From: an uncultured Candidatus Saccharibacteria bacterium
GTDB taxonomy: Bacteria > Patescibacteriota > Minisyncoccia > UBA11713 > 2-01-FULL-45-33
DNA: 44,549 nt
Reading direction: 5' to 3'
Assembly: GCA_964367075.1 (NCBI GenBank)
Contig: CAYIWH010000003.1
Span: 1-44,549, forward strand
A model generated the notes under the pieces. The model was not told the origin of the DNA, did not search any database, and saw only the letters and a program-made list of their open reading frames with translations. A program made the position numbers and the translations under genes. This document shows, piece after piece, positions 1 to 10,425 of the stretch (positions are counted from its first letter, which is position 1; each line of letters begins with the position of its first letter).

Positions 1-1
1 T

Positions 2-247
2 CGAATAAAATCATTATTTGTAAACAATACAATTGTACGCAAAAACATCTCAGATTATATTCCCAGAGATTTTAACAACATTCGTATGATGCGACAAACA
101 ATTTCTATAAAAGATTTTGAAAAATACCTTGATACATATAATACCAAATATATTATTTATAAGACAAGTGATCGCAATTCGCTTTACAACAAAATAAATG
201 GGAGCATAGTCTTCGAATCCATAGAATATACGATTAAACAACGATAA
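2..247 (+). CDS. 3' end of a gene truncated by the window edge (hypothetical; possibly the soluble C-terminus of another membrane glycosyltransferase)
   Basis: Frame 2 is open from base 2 to TAA at 245-247 (RIKSLFVNN...FEKYLDTYNTKYIIY...EYTIKQR*); not in the ORF track. Confidence 0.6.
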   Translation, partial: RIKSLFVNNTIVRKNISDYIPRDFNNIRMMRQTISIKDFEKYLDTYNTKYIIYKTSDRNSLYNKINGSIVFESIEYTIKQR

Positions 248-335
248 TCATTTATTTTTATCGATTTGAAACAATGTTTTGAGCCAACCGTTGTATTTAA
301 TAGCTCATTAAGGCAATAATAAAACAATTTAATAT

Positions 336-1220
336 ATGAAAGGAATTATTTTGGCAGGTGGCAAGGGCACGCGATTACATCCAATAACAATAGGCATTAG
401 CAAACAATTAATGCCTATTTATGATAAACCGATGATTTATTATCCGTTATCTGTGTTAATGTTGGCTGGTATTACTGATATTTTAGTTATTACTACTTCA
501 TTTGATGCTCAGGCGTTTAAGCGGCTTTTGGGAGATGGCCAAAAATTGGGATGTCGATTTCAATATGCTGTTCAAGAAAAACCAAATGGAATAGCCGAGA
601 CATTTGTAATAGGAGAGACATTTATCGGCAATAACTCTGTAGCATTAATTTTGGGAGATAATATTTTTTATGGCGACGGCTTGCGCGATATGTTAAAGCG
701 ATGTGTGAATCCAAATGGCGGCATAGTTTTTGCATATCATGTTTCAGATCCCAATCGTTATGGAGTTTTGGAACTTGATAAAAATGGCAATGTGCTTTCT
801 GTTGAAGAAAAACCAAAACATCCTAAATCAAATTTTGCGGTAACCGGACTTTATTTTTATGACAATTTTGTAGTTTCTGTTGCAAAAAAACTTAAACCAA
901 GCAAGCGCGGAGAATATGAAATAACCGATATTAATAATTATTATTTGAAGAAAGGGTTATTAAAAGCAGAAACTCTTTGCCGTGGCAACGCTTGGTTAGA
1001 TACAGGCACATTTTCATCTCTTATAGATGCAAGTCAATTTATTCATGTTATGGAAAAGCGCCAAGGATTGCGCATTGGTTGTATTGAAGAGGTAGCATAT
1101 CGTATGGGATATATAAATAAAAAACAATTGCAAGGATTAGCAAAGCCACTTTTAAAAAGTGGATACGGCACATATTTGATGAGTGTGGCAGACGAGGATT
1201 TGTTGTATTCGCTGGACTAA
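336..1220 (+). CDS. rfbA: Glucose-1-phosphate thymidylyltransferase
   Basis: GIILAGGKGTRLHP, SKQLMPIYDKPMIYYPLS, LGDNIFYG, EEKP, KPSKRGEYEITD and WLDTGT motifs. Confidence 0.97.
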   Translation: MKGIILAGGKGTRLHPITIGISKQLMPIYDKPMIYYPLSVLMLAGITDILVITTSFDAQAFKRLLGDGQKLGCRFQYAVQEKPNGIAETFVIGETFIGNNSVALILGDNIFYGDGLRDMLKRCVNPNGGIVFAYHVSDPNRYGVLELDKNGNVLSVEEKPKHPKSNFAVTGLYFYDNFVVSVAKKLKPSKRGEYEITDINNYYLKKGLLKAETLCRGNAWLDTGTFSSLIDASQFIHVMEKRQGLRIGCIEEVAYRMGYINKKQLQGLAKPLLKSGYGTYLMSVADEDLLYSLD

Positions 1221-1251
1221 AAGCCTATTTTTGAGCATAATATATTATATT

Positions 1252-2178
1252 ATGATTTCTGTAGTGATACCTGTATATAACGAAGAAAAAAATGTTAAAC
1301 CGCTCCACAATGAGCTTATTTCTATTTTTGACACACTAAATCTACCATTTGAAATTATTTTCATTAATGATGGATCTATTGATGGGACTCTCGATGGATT
1401 AAAACAACTGCATCCTGTGCGTATTATTAATTTCCAAAAATGTTTTGGACAAACTGCCGCGTTTAATGCTGGATTTAAAGCGGCGAAAGGAAAAACTATT
1501 ATAACTATGGATGGTGATATGCAAAATGATCCACACGACATACCAAGGCTTTTAGAAAAATTCAACGAAGGATACGATGTGGTATGTGGATGGCGGAACA
1601 AACGAAAAGATGTTTTTATGAAAAGATTTTTTTCTCGTGGAGCACGGGTAATTCGTAGAATTCTGTTGGAAGACAATTTGCACGATGCCGGATGTTCACT
1701 ACGAGTATACAAGAAAGATGCTCTGGAGAATCTTGATATTTATGGTGAGATGCACCGATTTATAGCGCCAATACTTGTATTGCGTGGGTTTAAAGTAACT
1801 GAGGTTAAAATAAATCATCGGCCACGGATACACGGAACAACAAAATACGATTGGAAGCGAGCAATAAAGGGATTCGTCGATATGGTAAATCTATGGTTTT
1901 TATACAAATATCGCGCACGCCCATTGCACCTGTTTGGTGGACTTGGAATATTGATAGGAGGCGCAGGAACTTTTCTTTCTATTTTCTTTTTCATTGAGCG
2001 TGTATTATTTGCCATTCCGCTTGCAGGAAGGACGCTCCCAATGGCTTCTTTATTTTTGGTTTTATTTGGCATGCAACTTTTTATTATGGGGCTTTTGGCG
2101 GATATTATGATGCGCAATTACTATAATACTTCCAAAGAAAAAAGTTATTTTATTCGTGATAGCTTTGAAAATCAATGA
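1252..2178 (+). CDS. GT2 polyprenol-phosphate glycosyltransferase (ArnC/GtrB-like) with two C-terminal TM helices
   Basis: SVVIPVYNEE, INDGSIDGT, MDGDMQNDP, GEMHRFI; start moved to ATG 1252. Confidence 0.9.
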   Translation: MISVVIPVYNEEKNVKPLHNELISIFDTLNLPFEIIFINDGSIDGTLDGLKQLHPVRIINFQKCFGQTAAFNAGFKAAKGKTIITMDGDMQNDPHDIPRLLEKFNEGYDVVCGWRNKRKDVFMKRFFSRGARVIRRILLEDNLHDAGCSLRVYKKDALENLDIYGEMHRFIAPILVLRGFKVTEVKINHRPRIHGTTKYDWKRAIKGFVDMVNLWFLYKYRARPLHLFGGLGILIGGAGTFLSIFFFIERVLFAIPLAGRTLPMASLFLVLFGMQLFIMGLLADIMMRNYYNTSKEKSYFIRDSFENQ

Positions 2179-2381
2179 AAGAAAAAATTGTACGCATTGC
2201 TAACCACCCGTTTTTAAAATACTCATGGGTTGGCGGCTTGTTTAGTATTCTCAATATTGTTTTTGTTTGGCTTTTAATTGATATTTTTCATTTTTCTACA
2301 CTTATTAGCACTACATTTGTTGTGGGATGTCTATTTGTAGCTAAATATTTTGCTTATAAATTAACAGGATTTATTGGTTAA
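2175..2381 (+). CDS. Half-size GtrA-like flippase (2 TM, 68 aa)
   Basis: FLKYSWVGGLFSILNIVFVWLL...KYFAYK resembles the GtrA N-half; ATGA overlap with the upstream GT2. Confidence 0.65.
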   Translation: MKEKIVRIANHPFLKYSWVGGLFSILNIVFVWLLIDIFHFSTLISTTFVVGCLFVAKYFAYKLTGFIG

Positions 2382-2386
2382 TTATT

Positions 2387-3082
2387 ATGCAAAAACTTTC
2401 TATAATTATTCCCGCATACAACGAAAAAAATACTATTGAAGAGATTATCAGACGGATTAAAGCAGTTGAGCTTATCGGTATTGAAAAAGAAATTATTGTC
2501 GTAGACGATGGCTCCAAAGATGGCACCAGAGAAATTCTAAAAAACATTTCCGGCATTCGTTATATTTTTCATGAAAAAAATCTAGGGAAGGGAGGAGCGG
2601 TAAAAACTGGATTCTACAATGCAACAGGCGACGTTTTGCTTATTCAAGATGCTGATTTGGAATATGACCCACAAGATTACAAGGAGTTGCTAGTACCAAT
2701 TTTTAATGGCGAAGCCGAAGTAGTGTACGGGTCTCGTTTTATTACAGGTAAGCCACACAGAGTTTTCAATTTTCATCATTACATGGCAAATATATTTTTA
2801 ACATTCATATCAAATGTTTTTACAAATTTGAATATTTCTGACATGGAGACGTGTTATAAACTTTTTCGCAAAGAAGTGGTGGATAGTTTTAAAGATAAAT
2901 TGGAGTCAAAGCGCTTCGGTATCGAGCCGGAGCTTACTGCGCGCGTGGCACATGGAAAATGGAGAGTGTACGAGGTTGGTATTTCATATTATGGCCGGAC
3001 ATATGATCAGGGCAAAAAAATCGGTTGGAAGGACGGCTTTGCCGCGCTATGGCATATTGTACGGTTTAACTTGTTTCGCTAA
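2387..3082 (+). CDS. GT2 DPM1-like polyprenol-phosphate glycosyltransferase
   Basis: SIIIPAYNE, VDDGSKDGT, NLGKGGA, QDADLEYDP, DMETCYK, GKKIGWKDG. Confidence 0.92.
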   Translation: MQKLSIIIPAYNEKNTIEEIIRRIKAVELIGIEKEIIVVDDGSKDGTREILKNISGIRYIFHEKNLGKGGAVKTGFYNATGDVLLIQDADLEYDPQDYKELLVPIFNGEAEVVYGSRFITGKPHRVFNFHHYMANIFLTFISNVFTNLNISDMETCYKLFRKEVVDSFKDKLESKRFGIEPELTARVAHGKWRVYEVGISYYGRTYDQGKKIGWKDGFAALWHIVRFNLFR

Positions 3083-3092
3083 TTTGCTTCGT

Positions 3093-4193
3093 ATGAAACC
3101 GAAACTATGTTATGTGTTGCCGGATGTGGGCGCGGATACGCATTTTTCTTATAATGTTGATTTTGTGGGATACATCAGAGACCAATTTGATGTTTTTTTT
3201 GTTCTAGAAAAAGGTAAGGCGCCATCCGTACAAGGTGTGCGGATACACGCTCAACGGTATCGGTTTTTTCCCGCAAGGTATCTGGAGAATGTTGTCATTT
3301 TAATACGAGCTCGATTATCCGGATATACGGATTTTTATGTGCATTATTCATTTTTATCCGCGCTGAACGCATCTATGATCACGGCACTTTTCGGCGGACG
3401 AGTATATTATTGGAACGCGGGGCTACCCTGGAACTATCCGCAAAATTTTTTGCGCCGAGCATTTGAACGAGTGGTATATTATGCGGTGGATTATGTGGTA
3501 ACCGGTACCGATGGTTTGGCGCGACAATATGCCGCGCGATATCATATTGCGCGCAACAAGATCAAAGTGATACCCAACTGGATAGACACAAAAAAGTTCG
3601 CATCCGCGGTTTCTCGGTTTCGATCCGAAAAAGATGCAATAAAAAAAGATATGAATATAGCGCTGGACGAAAAGATCGTTTTATTTGTACACCGGCTTTC
3701 GCATCGCAAAGGGGCGCACTATTTGCCGGAAATAGTACAGACATTATCGGATGAAAAAATAGTATTTATCATTATTGGCGGCGGATCTGACCGCAAACAA
3801 ATAGAATCGGAATTTGCCGCGCGCAACGTGAGTGATCGCGTGCGTATGCCGGGATGGATGCCAGCATCCGATCTACCGAAATATTTTGCGATTTCCGATG
3901 TGTTTATCATGCCGTCCGATGAAGAAGGTTTCCCGCATGTACTGTTGGAATCAATGGCCGCCCCCGTGTCGCTGGTGGCATACAAAGTGGGCGGAGTAGA
4001 GGAACTGTTGTCCGTAGATATGCGAAAATATGCGATAACATCAGGGGATCAGCGATCATTCATCAAGACCGTCAGAGAACTTATCCATATGCCGGCAGCG
4101 GATTTGGAGGCGCTCGCGCGCAAGGAACAGGCATGTGTGCAACAATATGATATCGCAAGAGTTATACATATGTTCTCAGACCTATTTATATGA
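3093..4193 (+). CDS. GT4 glycosyltransferase
   Basis: VHRLSHRKG and EEGFPHVLLESMA (E-x7-E); start moved to ATG 3093. Confidence 0.9.
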   Translation: MKPKLCYVLPDVGADTHFSYNVDFVGYIRDQFDVFFVLEKGKAPSVQGVRIHAQRYRFFPARYLENVVILIRARLSGYTDFYVHYSFLSALNASMITALFGGRVYYWNAGLPWNYPQNFLRRAFERVVYYAVDYVVTGTDGLARQYAARYHIARNKIKVIPNWIDTKKFASAVSRFRSEKDAIKKDMNIALDEKIVLFVHRLSHRKGAHYLPEIVQTLSDEKIVFIIIGGGSDRKQIESEFAARNVSDRVRMPGWMPASDLPKYFAISDVFIMPSDEEGFPHVLLESMAAPVSLVAYKVGGVEELLSVDMRKYAITSGDQRSFIKTVRELIHMPAADLEALARKEQACVQQYDIARVIHMFSDLFI

Positions 4194-5524
4194 ACGCATT
4201 TACGCAAAAATATGGTACGCGCGTGATGTGGCTTTTGATCGCGGTCTTTGTCGCGTCTCTTTCATATTCATTTTATTTTAAAGCGCGTGTTGAGGTGGAC
4301 GCGCGCGCGTATGACCGCATCGCGTGGAATATCGTCCAGGGTAATGGATACCGTGAGATGACGGATGGTCCGCTACAGGAGGACAATGCGATTTTGCGAG
4401 TCGGCCCTGGATATGAGTTATTTCTGGCACTTATATATTTTATTTTTGGACATCACTATGCGGCGGTGTGGATTGCGCATGCGTTCTTAAGTACCGCCTC
4501 CGCATTTTTGGTATTTCTTCTGGCGCGCAAGATATTTTCAAGCGACCCCGCGCGCGATACGATGGCACTGATCGCGTCTGCCTTGATCGGCTTATCCCCG
4601 GACATTATTACGGTCAACGGATTGTTGCTTACCGAGACGCTCGGCGTTTTTTTGATCATCTTGTGCGCGTATTTGTTTTTTAAATATTTTGTATCTGAGA
4701 TAAGGAGCGGATGGCAAATTTTTTATGTGGGGATTGTGCTTGCGTTTGCTATCATGGTACGCACTCCCGCCGCATTTTTATTGTTTCCGATATTATTTTG
4801 CATATATCAGCGAGGGACAAAAAAACAAGCGGCAATATTTTTGTGTACGATCGCGTTAGTTTTTATGCCGTGGATCATTCGCAATTTCAACGTGTATCGT
4901 ACATTTGTGCCTACCAATCTAGCCTACGGTATCGATCTGCTATCTGGCAATCATAAGGGGGCGACCGGCGAGCTTGAGCCATATATGCAAAACGGTCTTT
5001 ATCTGGAGGAATTCGGTATCGTACGAGGGAGTAAATTGCTGACGCTGGAGGCGCTGCGGTTCATCTCCGCGAATCCTTTGGAATTCATAAAGCTAACCAT
5101 ATATCGTCTATCCATATATTTCAGCTTATCACGCCCAACCGGCTTTTGGTTTCATCTAGGGGCTACCGGAAAAACGATCACGATAATCCTATCCGCTCTA
5201 TATTCGATATTTTTGTTCGTATTCGGTTTTTTTGGATTGTATGCGTCTCAAAAATTGTCGGATGCCGACCGGCGAAAGGCAAGGTATCTCGCGGCGATGC
5301 TTATCATGATGCCGCTTGCGGTGATCGGTATTATCGTGGAGACGCGCTATCGCTTTTTGTCGTACCCGTTCTTTGCGATATTCGCGGGATACGGTGCTGT
5401 CATTGCGTGGCGCAAAGAGATATTGAGATCGTTGGTCGTGATCGCATTGATGTTGTTTGCTAATACTGCGTTTGACGCGATTCGCAGCATGGATAAGATC
5501 ATCGAACATATCCGCGCGCTCTAA
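4190..5524 (+). CDS. ArnT/PMT-like (GT-C fold) integral membrane glycosyltransferase
   Basis: Many TM helices; DARAYDRIAWNIVQGNGY loop, RVGPGYELFLALIY, LLTETL, PWIIRNF, ETRYR. Confidence 0.85.
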   Translation: MNAFTQKYGTRVMWLLIAVFVASLSYSFYFKARVEVDARAYDRIAWNIVQGNGYREMTDGPLQEDNAILRVGPGYELFLALIYFIFGHHYAAVWIAHAFLSTASAFLVFLLARKIFSSDPARDTMALIASALIGLSPDIITVNGLLLTETLGVFLIILCAYLFFKYFVSEIRSGWQIFYVGIVLAFAIMVRTPAAFLLFPILFCIYQRGTKKQAAIFLCTIALVFMPWIIRNFNVYRTFVPTNLAYGIDLLSGNHKGATGELEPYMQNGLYLEEFGIVRGSKLLTLEALRFISANPLEFIKLTIYRLSIYFSLSRPTGFWFHLGATGKTITIILSALYSIFLFVFGFFGLYASQKLSDADRRKARYLAAMLIMMPLAVIGIIVETRYRFLSYPFFAIFAGYGAVIAWRKEILRSLVVIALMLFANTAFDAIRSMDKIIEHIRAL

Positions 5525-5533
5525 TGCTATAAT
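5525..5533 (+). promoter_or_regulatory. Extended -10 promoter (TGCTATAAT), 8 nt upstream of ATG 5542; likely leaderless transcript
   Basis: Consensus TGnTATAAT with no Shine-Dalgarno. Confidence 0.7.
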
Positions 5534-5541
5534 GTAACAAT

Positions 5542-7230
5542 ATGTTGGGACGAATAAAGAATACTTTTGGCAATTCGTGGATGTGGCTTATCGCTCTGTT
5601 GTTCGCGGCGTTGATATATCGGCTTGGCGCTCTTTGGTTTGCGTTGCCGTATGCGAATGTATTTGGCGACGAATTACCACATACAATCGCCGCATTCAAT
5701 TTGCTAGAAAAAAAGACAATCATCGCAAGCTTCCCGTTCTATTATTTACCGCCATTGATGGCATATATTCTTGCGCCGATTTTTGCACTGATCGGAGTGG
5801 TTGGTATTGCAATCGGGTCATTTGCGGATCTCGCGGCGTTCAAGGGTTTTGTGCTTTTGTATCGCGAATATTTTTTAGCCGTATCACGCGTGATTTCAGC
5901 GCTTTTTGGCGTTGCTACGATACCGGTACTTTTTTTACTTACACGGAAGCTTTTTAATAGCACGGTTGCATGGATCGCAATCATTTTATTCGCGTTCGAT
6001 TTTTGGAATATTCATGAGGCACAGATAGGACACATCTGGTCGCCGATGATATTTTTTATGGTCGCGTCGTTCTATTATTTTTATGTAGTATACGAGAGTG
6101 GCGCGCGAAAGAGCGACCATGTAATGTCGGGGTTATTGATGGGGCTCGGATACGGTATGGGGCAGATACCGATCATTTTGTATGTATGGTATGCGTTGGC
6201 GTACGCACTGTCTAAAATAAAAAATAATAAGAACTTTATTTTTGGTTCCGCGATCTTTGCGGCCTTGGTGGTCGCGTTCAGCGTTTTAAATACGGAGACA
6301 TTTATTAATCATTTTTCTTCCTCGATACAATCTATCGCGAAACTATTCGGATATAAGTTTGCTTCGTTGCCGTACGCACCCAAGATAGCCCGTTTTTCGC
6401 TTGCCAATAATTGGCATGTCATAACATGGGCATTTTTCAATAACAATCCGTTCACGGCCGTGCTCGGCGCGATGGGATTGGCGCTCATCGCGTGCAAAAA
6501 GCGCGTTCAATATACGACCACGGTCGTGGTCGGTTTTCCGATATTTTATTTGGCGTTGTTCTCGTTTGTTTTTTATAGTTTTACGTATCGTTATATCATG
6601 CCAGCTCTATTATTTTTTATTATCGGCGAAGCCTATTTTATATACGTCATATCTCAATATGTTGAGCGCGGTCGCCGGATAACATTGGTAGTGCTGGCCG
6701 GTATTGTTCTTAGCTATTCAATTGCTCTCGATACGCTTTATTTTACGGCATTGCAAAAGCCGTATACAGAAAGCTCGGCTATTGAGTGGATATATAAGAA
6801 CATACCAGAAAGATCCAAGATTGTTTCTGGCGCGTATATCACTCCTAATAAAGCAGCTATAGATTTTTTGCGCAGTCACAGTGGTTGGGCGGATTCACGC
6901 AAGATGTATCTTGCAAGTTTGCCGGACGCGCAATATCCTCATCCTGATTATTTTGTCATTGAATCGAATTTGCTGGATATTACAAAGCTGACAGCACAGG
7001 AACGCGAAGTTGATTATTTGTATATACGGTATTACAATCGTGATCATTTGGCGGAAAATCATTTGGAATTGTTTCCCGACCGAAAACTTGTAGTCTCATT
7101 TTATCCGAAAGAAACCGTAGAGGATATATCAAATCCGTTCAACATGGACGCGCGCGGATCATTGTTGGAATATTTTTGGTCGCTTGAAGCGCTCGGACCT
7201 TACACGGAGATCTACCGGATCGGAAAATAA
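5542..7230 (+). CDS. ArnT/PMT-like (GT-C fold) membrane glycosyltransferase with soluble C-terminal domain
   Basis: GDE acidic motif after TM1, YLPPLMAY, RVISALFG, many TMs, YRYIMP, AIEWIYKNIP. Confidence 0.85.
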   Translation: MLGRIKNTFGNSWMWLIALLFAALIYRLGALWFALPYANVFGDELPHTIAAFNLLEKKTIIASFPFYYLPPLMAYILAPIFALIGVVGIAIGSFADLAAFKGFVLLYREYFLAVSRVISALFGVATIPVLFLLTRKLFNSTVAWIAIILFAFDFWNIHEAQIGHIWSPMIFFMVASFYYFYVVYESGARKSDHVMSGLLMGLGYGMGQIPIILYVWYALAYALSKIKNNKNFIFGSAIFAALVVAFSVLNTETFINHFSSSIQSIAKLFGYKFASLPYAPKIARFSLANNWHVITWAFFNNNPFTAVLGAMGLALIACKKRVQYTTTVVVGFPIFYLALFSFVFYSFTYRYIMPALLFFIIGEAYFIYVISQYVERGRRITLVVLAGIVLSYSIALDTLYFTALQKPYTESSAIEWIYKNIPERSKIVSGAYITPNKAAIDFLRSHSGWADSRKMYLASLPDAQYPHPDYFVIESNLLDITKLTAQEREVDYLYIRYYNRDHLAENHLELFPDRKLVVSFYPKETVEDISNPFNMDARGSLLEYFWSLEALGPYTEIYRIGK

Positions 7231-8898
7231 CTATTTATATTCAAGCATATGGATCGTAGGCCCGTTGGCATTCATGATGAACAGATTTTTCAGATCTCCG
7301 ATAGTACCCTCCGTCAGATCATATCCGTAGATATCAACACCTTGAAATGTTTTTATGTTTGTGCCTGTTGTTCGTAAACGACCCCGCGCATAGTTTTTTA
7401 CAGCGTCTTTACTTATATTGTCATCGCTCAATAGCACAAATCGATATTGATGTTGCGCGCGATATGTCTCTATTGTTTTATAAAATATATCCGCGGCACC
7501 GCTGACATTATACAAATTAAGCGCGTGAAATACTGGATATGATACATCGGTTGGTAGCGCGCGCTCGGATCTATCCGCGCCACGCAATGATGACGATTGT
7601 ATTTGTTCCTGCTCGTTGATCGCGTCCGGCGTAGATGAAAGACGTGTGAGCGATGCCATTGTCATGATCTTTGTGTTTGGCGCGATTGCTTGTTCTATCC
7701 ATTGTCTGGCTTGCGCGCGCGTATCATTTTTCAGCAAAACTCTGTCCACTTGTACCGCCTGTGCGAGCATGATGGAAAAGGAGATCGCGCCCAGTGTACA
7801 TATTAGATTTTTTGATATGCGTGTGGTTGTTTTCTCTCGCAACCAATACAGCGCATAGCCTGCTAAAAGCGTGAAAATAGGATATAGATAAACCACAAAA
7901 CGGTCTCCCGTATGAAATGTTACGAAAAATGACAAGATATAGGCGTTTATGAACAAGAAAAAGGTCCAAAATAGCGCGCTCCGGTTGAATATCAATATCG
8001 CAAGTCCGATCAACGACCACATCAACAAGATCGGGTCGTTGTACGCAAACGGCTTGATAAATGATCCATATGTTTCAAAAAGACGACCCAAGGTTTTTGG
8101 TATAGCCAGAGAGTTTGTTTTGGTGAAGAAGAGGCCAGCCGGAAAAAGAATATATGAGAACAATGCCAATCCGACAAATATCATCGCCGAGATCCACAGC
8201 GTTTTATTTTTTAATATCCCAAGTATTTTTTTGCCCTCATAAATAAATATATACAAGACCATGAATATCGGTATGAATATCGCGGCAGAACTGAATCCGA
8301 AAGCAATGCCGGCAATGACGGAGGATGTATAGTATCGTTTAGAGTCGCTCCAATCGAGCCGAGTCAGAGTATATATCGCACACGTCAACAATAAGACAGC
8401 ATACGTCCAATCACGTCCCCAGTGGGACAGCAGGATATGCATGGTTGATAGCGATAAAAATCCCGCAGAGAGCAAGGCCGCCATATCATCATGGAACAAA
8501 TTTTTGGCGACACGGTACATTATCCACACGGTCAGTATGCCGGCTATAGCGCTCGAGATCCGTGCGGCTATAAAAAAAGCGGACAGATCAAGTAATAAAT
8601 ATTGTGAAAATTGCATTGTGGATTCCGCAAACAAAACAAACTTTACTGCTAAAATTATTAAAAATGGAAGTATATATAAATACGCCAAATACGGAGGGAA
8701 ATAAGATATTTTTTCAAATTCAGCAGAATATAAAGCTGGAATAAGTGTTTTTAATTCGATCATCTTAAGCGCCGAAAGTACGAACGGCGGCTCATCTCCC
8801 ACGAGCCACAATGGCAGGCCATAGGTAATACCTATGACGCGCAGCGCAAGTCCGAGTAGAAGAATGATCATGAGAATTTTATTTGTCTTTGTACTCAT
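7231..8898 (-). CDS. ArnT/PMT-like (GT-C fold) membrane glycosyltransferase, paralog of 5542..7230
   Basis: GLPLWLVGDEPPF, YFPPYLAY, ARISSAIAG, DRFVVYLYP, DTRAQARQWIEQ. Confidence 0.85.
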   Translation of the reverse strand: MSTKTNKILMIILLLGLALRVIGITYGLPLWLVGDEPPFVLSALKMIELKTLIPALYSAEFEKISYFPPYLAYLYILPFLIILAVKFVLFAESTMQFSQYLLLDLSAFFIAARISSAIAGILTVWIMYRVAKNLFHDDMAALLSAGFLSLSTMHILLSHWGRDWTYAVLLLTCAIYTLTRLDWSDSKRYYTSSVIAGIAFGFSSAAIFIPIFMVLYIFIYEGKKILGILKNKTLWISAMIFVGLALFSYILFPAGLFFTKTNSLAIPKTLGRLFETYGSFIKPFAYNDPILLMWSLIGLAILIFNRSALFWTFFLFINAYILSFFVTFHTGDRFVVYLYPIFTLLAGYALYWLREKTTTRISKNLICTLGAISFSIMLAQAVQVDRVLLKNDTRAQARQWIEQAIAPNTKIMTMASLTRLSSTPDAINEQEQIQSSSLRGADRSERALPTDVSYPVFHALNLYNVSGAADIFYKTIETYRAQHQYRFVLLSDDNISKDAVKNYARGRLRTTGTNIKTFQGVDIYGYDLTEGTIGDLKNLFIMNANGPTIHMLEYK

Positions 8899-8970
8899 CG
8901 ATGCACCATTATTGTATGATCTTTCTGTTCTCTAGGCAACCAAAGTGCTTTGCTATATTATTGGTATATT

Positions 8971-9675
8971 ATGCGAGATATCGTACTGATACCAACATAC
9001 AATGAAAAGGAAAATATCCACGCTTTGATAAAAGATATTTTTGTAATCGCGCCAGATATTTTTGTACGTGTGGTTGATGATAATTCTCCGGACGGCACAG
9101 CGAATATCGTGCAAGAGCTGATGAACACATATCCAAATCTTTCGATCATGAGACGTGCTGGCAAGGAAGGACTTGGTATCGCGTACATCGATGCGTTCCG
9201 CGCGGTGCTTGCGGAATCGAACATCAGGTCGCTCACTATGATGGATGCCGATTTTTCACATGATCCGAAATATTTGCCGGAAATGTTGCGATCGATCGAT
9301 AACAACGATTTAGTAGTCGGCGCTCGATATTTAGCTGGTGGCGGGACCGAGGGATGGGAATGGTATCGCAAGACGTTGAGCCGGTTCGGCAATTTGTACT
9401 GCCGGTTGATTACGCGGATCCCGGTACACGACTGTACTGGAGGGTTTAATTGCATTCGTACTGATATGTTGCGTAAGATCGATTTGGTGGCGCTGTCTCA
9501 ATTTAAAGGGTATGCATTTATGATGGCGCTCAAATATCATTTGTGGCGCGCGCATGCGCGCATCGCGGAGATACCGATCATTTTTAAGAACCGCACGCTA
9601 GGTGTCTCTAAGATTTCTCAAAATATCGTTCGCGAAGGAATTCTTGCTCCATGGAGGATAATCATGCCACACTAA
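8971..9675 (+). CDS. Polyprenol monophosphomannose synthase-like GT2 (Ppm1/DPM1)
   Basis: IPTYNEKEN, VDDNSPDGT, KEGLGIAY, MDADFSHDP, DCTGGF, EIPIIFKNR; start ATG 8971. Confidence 0.9.
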   Translation: MRDIVLIPTYNEKENIHALIKDIFVIAPDIFVRVVDDNSPDGTANIVQELMNTYPNLSIMRRAGKEGLGIAYIDAFRAVLAESNIRSLTMMDADFSHDPKYLPEMLRSIDNNDLVVGARYLAGGGTEGWEWYRKTLSRFGNLYCRLITRIPVHDCTGGFNCIRTDMLRKIDLVALSQFKGYAFMMALKYHLWRAHARIAEIPIIFKNRTLGVSKISQNIVREGILAPWRIIMPH

Positions 9676-9717
9676 AAACATAGAAATTTCATGCATTTAT
9701 TAACGTAATAGAGGTTT

Positions 9718-10407
9718 TTATTTTTTCTTGGCGATCACCAGCCACGAAATGGCATCTTGCGGGAAAAGCCAATCGGTAAGTAACGAGAATATATAAAAAC
9801 CGACAGAGAGTGGGATATTCGCAATATGTCCCAATGCGTAGCGGGCGCGGCGTGGCAAGAAAGGAAACAGACGATACAAAAAGAGTGCGCTTTCTTCAGC
9901 GATGCGCGCGCCCAAAAATGAAAAGAGTCCGCCGAGCTTTTCCACGGTCGCGACCGTGTAATTTTTTTTCAATAATTCCTCAAGGCCGTACCGGGTAAAT
10001 CTCCAATAATCCATCGGTTCATAATGGAGCGGCCAATGCATGGGTGTCGAAACCATAAATACGCCGTTGGGTTTTAATACCCGCAGGATTTCACGCAGAG
10101 CACCTTGCGTATCGGCGACATGTTCCAAAACCTCCAAGCATACCACGCTATCAAATGACGCATCTTCAAATGGAAGATGCAAGATATCTCCAGCGACATC
10201 GGGTTTGAGCGACGCGTCAGAATCTAGGCTTATGTATTCTGAAGTGTTAAAATATTGAGCAAAGGGCTTAAGACCGGCTCCGATGTCCAGCGTCTTGCCG
10301 GTGATATCATGTCCGTATTTTTTCATGGCATTGCGAAATTGCACTTTCGGGATAAAAAGGTAAGATTTGAGCAACAGGTCAAGATTTAATATTTTCGGTA
10401 CATTCAT
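9718..10407 (-). CDS. Class I SAM-dependent methyltransferase (type 11)
   Basis: LDIGAG, LPFEDASFDSVVCLEVLEHV, RVLKPNG, HYEPMDYWRFT. Confidence 0.9.
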   Translation of the reverse strand: MNVPKILNLDLLLKSYLFIPKVQFRNAMKKYGHDITGKTLDIGAGLKPFAQYFNTSEYISLDSDASLKPDVAGDILHLPFEDASFDSVVCLEVLEHVADTQGALREILRVLKPNGVFMVSTPMHWPLHYEPMDYWRFTRYGLEELLKKNYTVATVEKLGGLFSFLGARIAEESALFLYRLFPFLPRRARYALGHIANIPLSVGFYIFSLLTDWLFPQDAISWLVIAKKK

Positions 10408-10425
10408 ATCAATAGAGTATCAAAG

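Noticed and set aside
50-241. 63-aa minus-strand ORF
   Set aside because: Antisense to a fully open plus-strand frame (2..247) co-oriented with the cluster
8520-8528. Second TTATCCACA DnaA box / possible oriC
   Set aside because: Lies inside a CDS and is isolated; no box cluster or dnaA gene in the window
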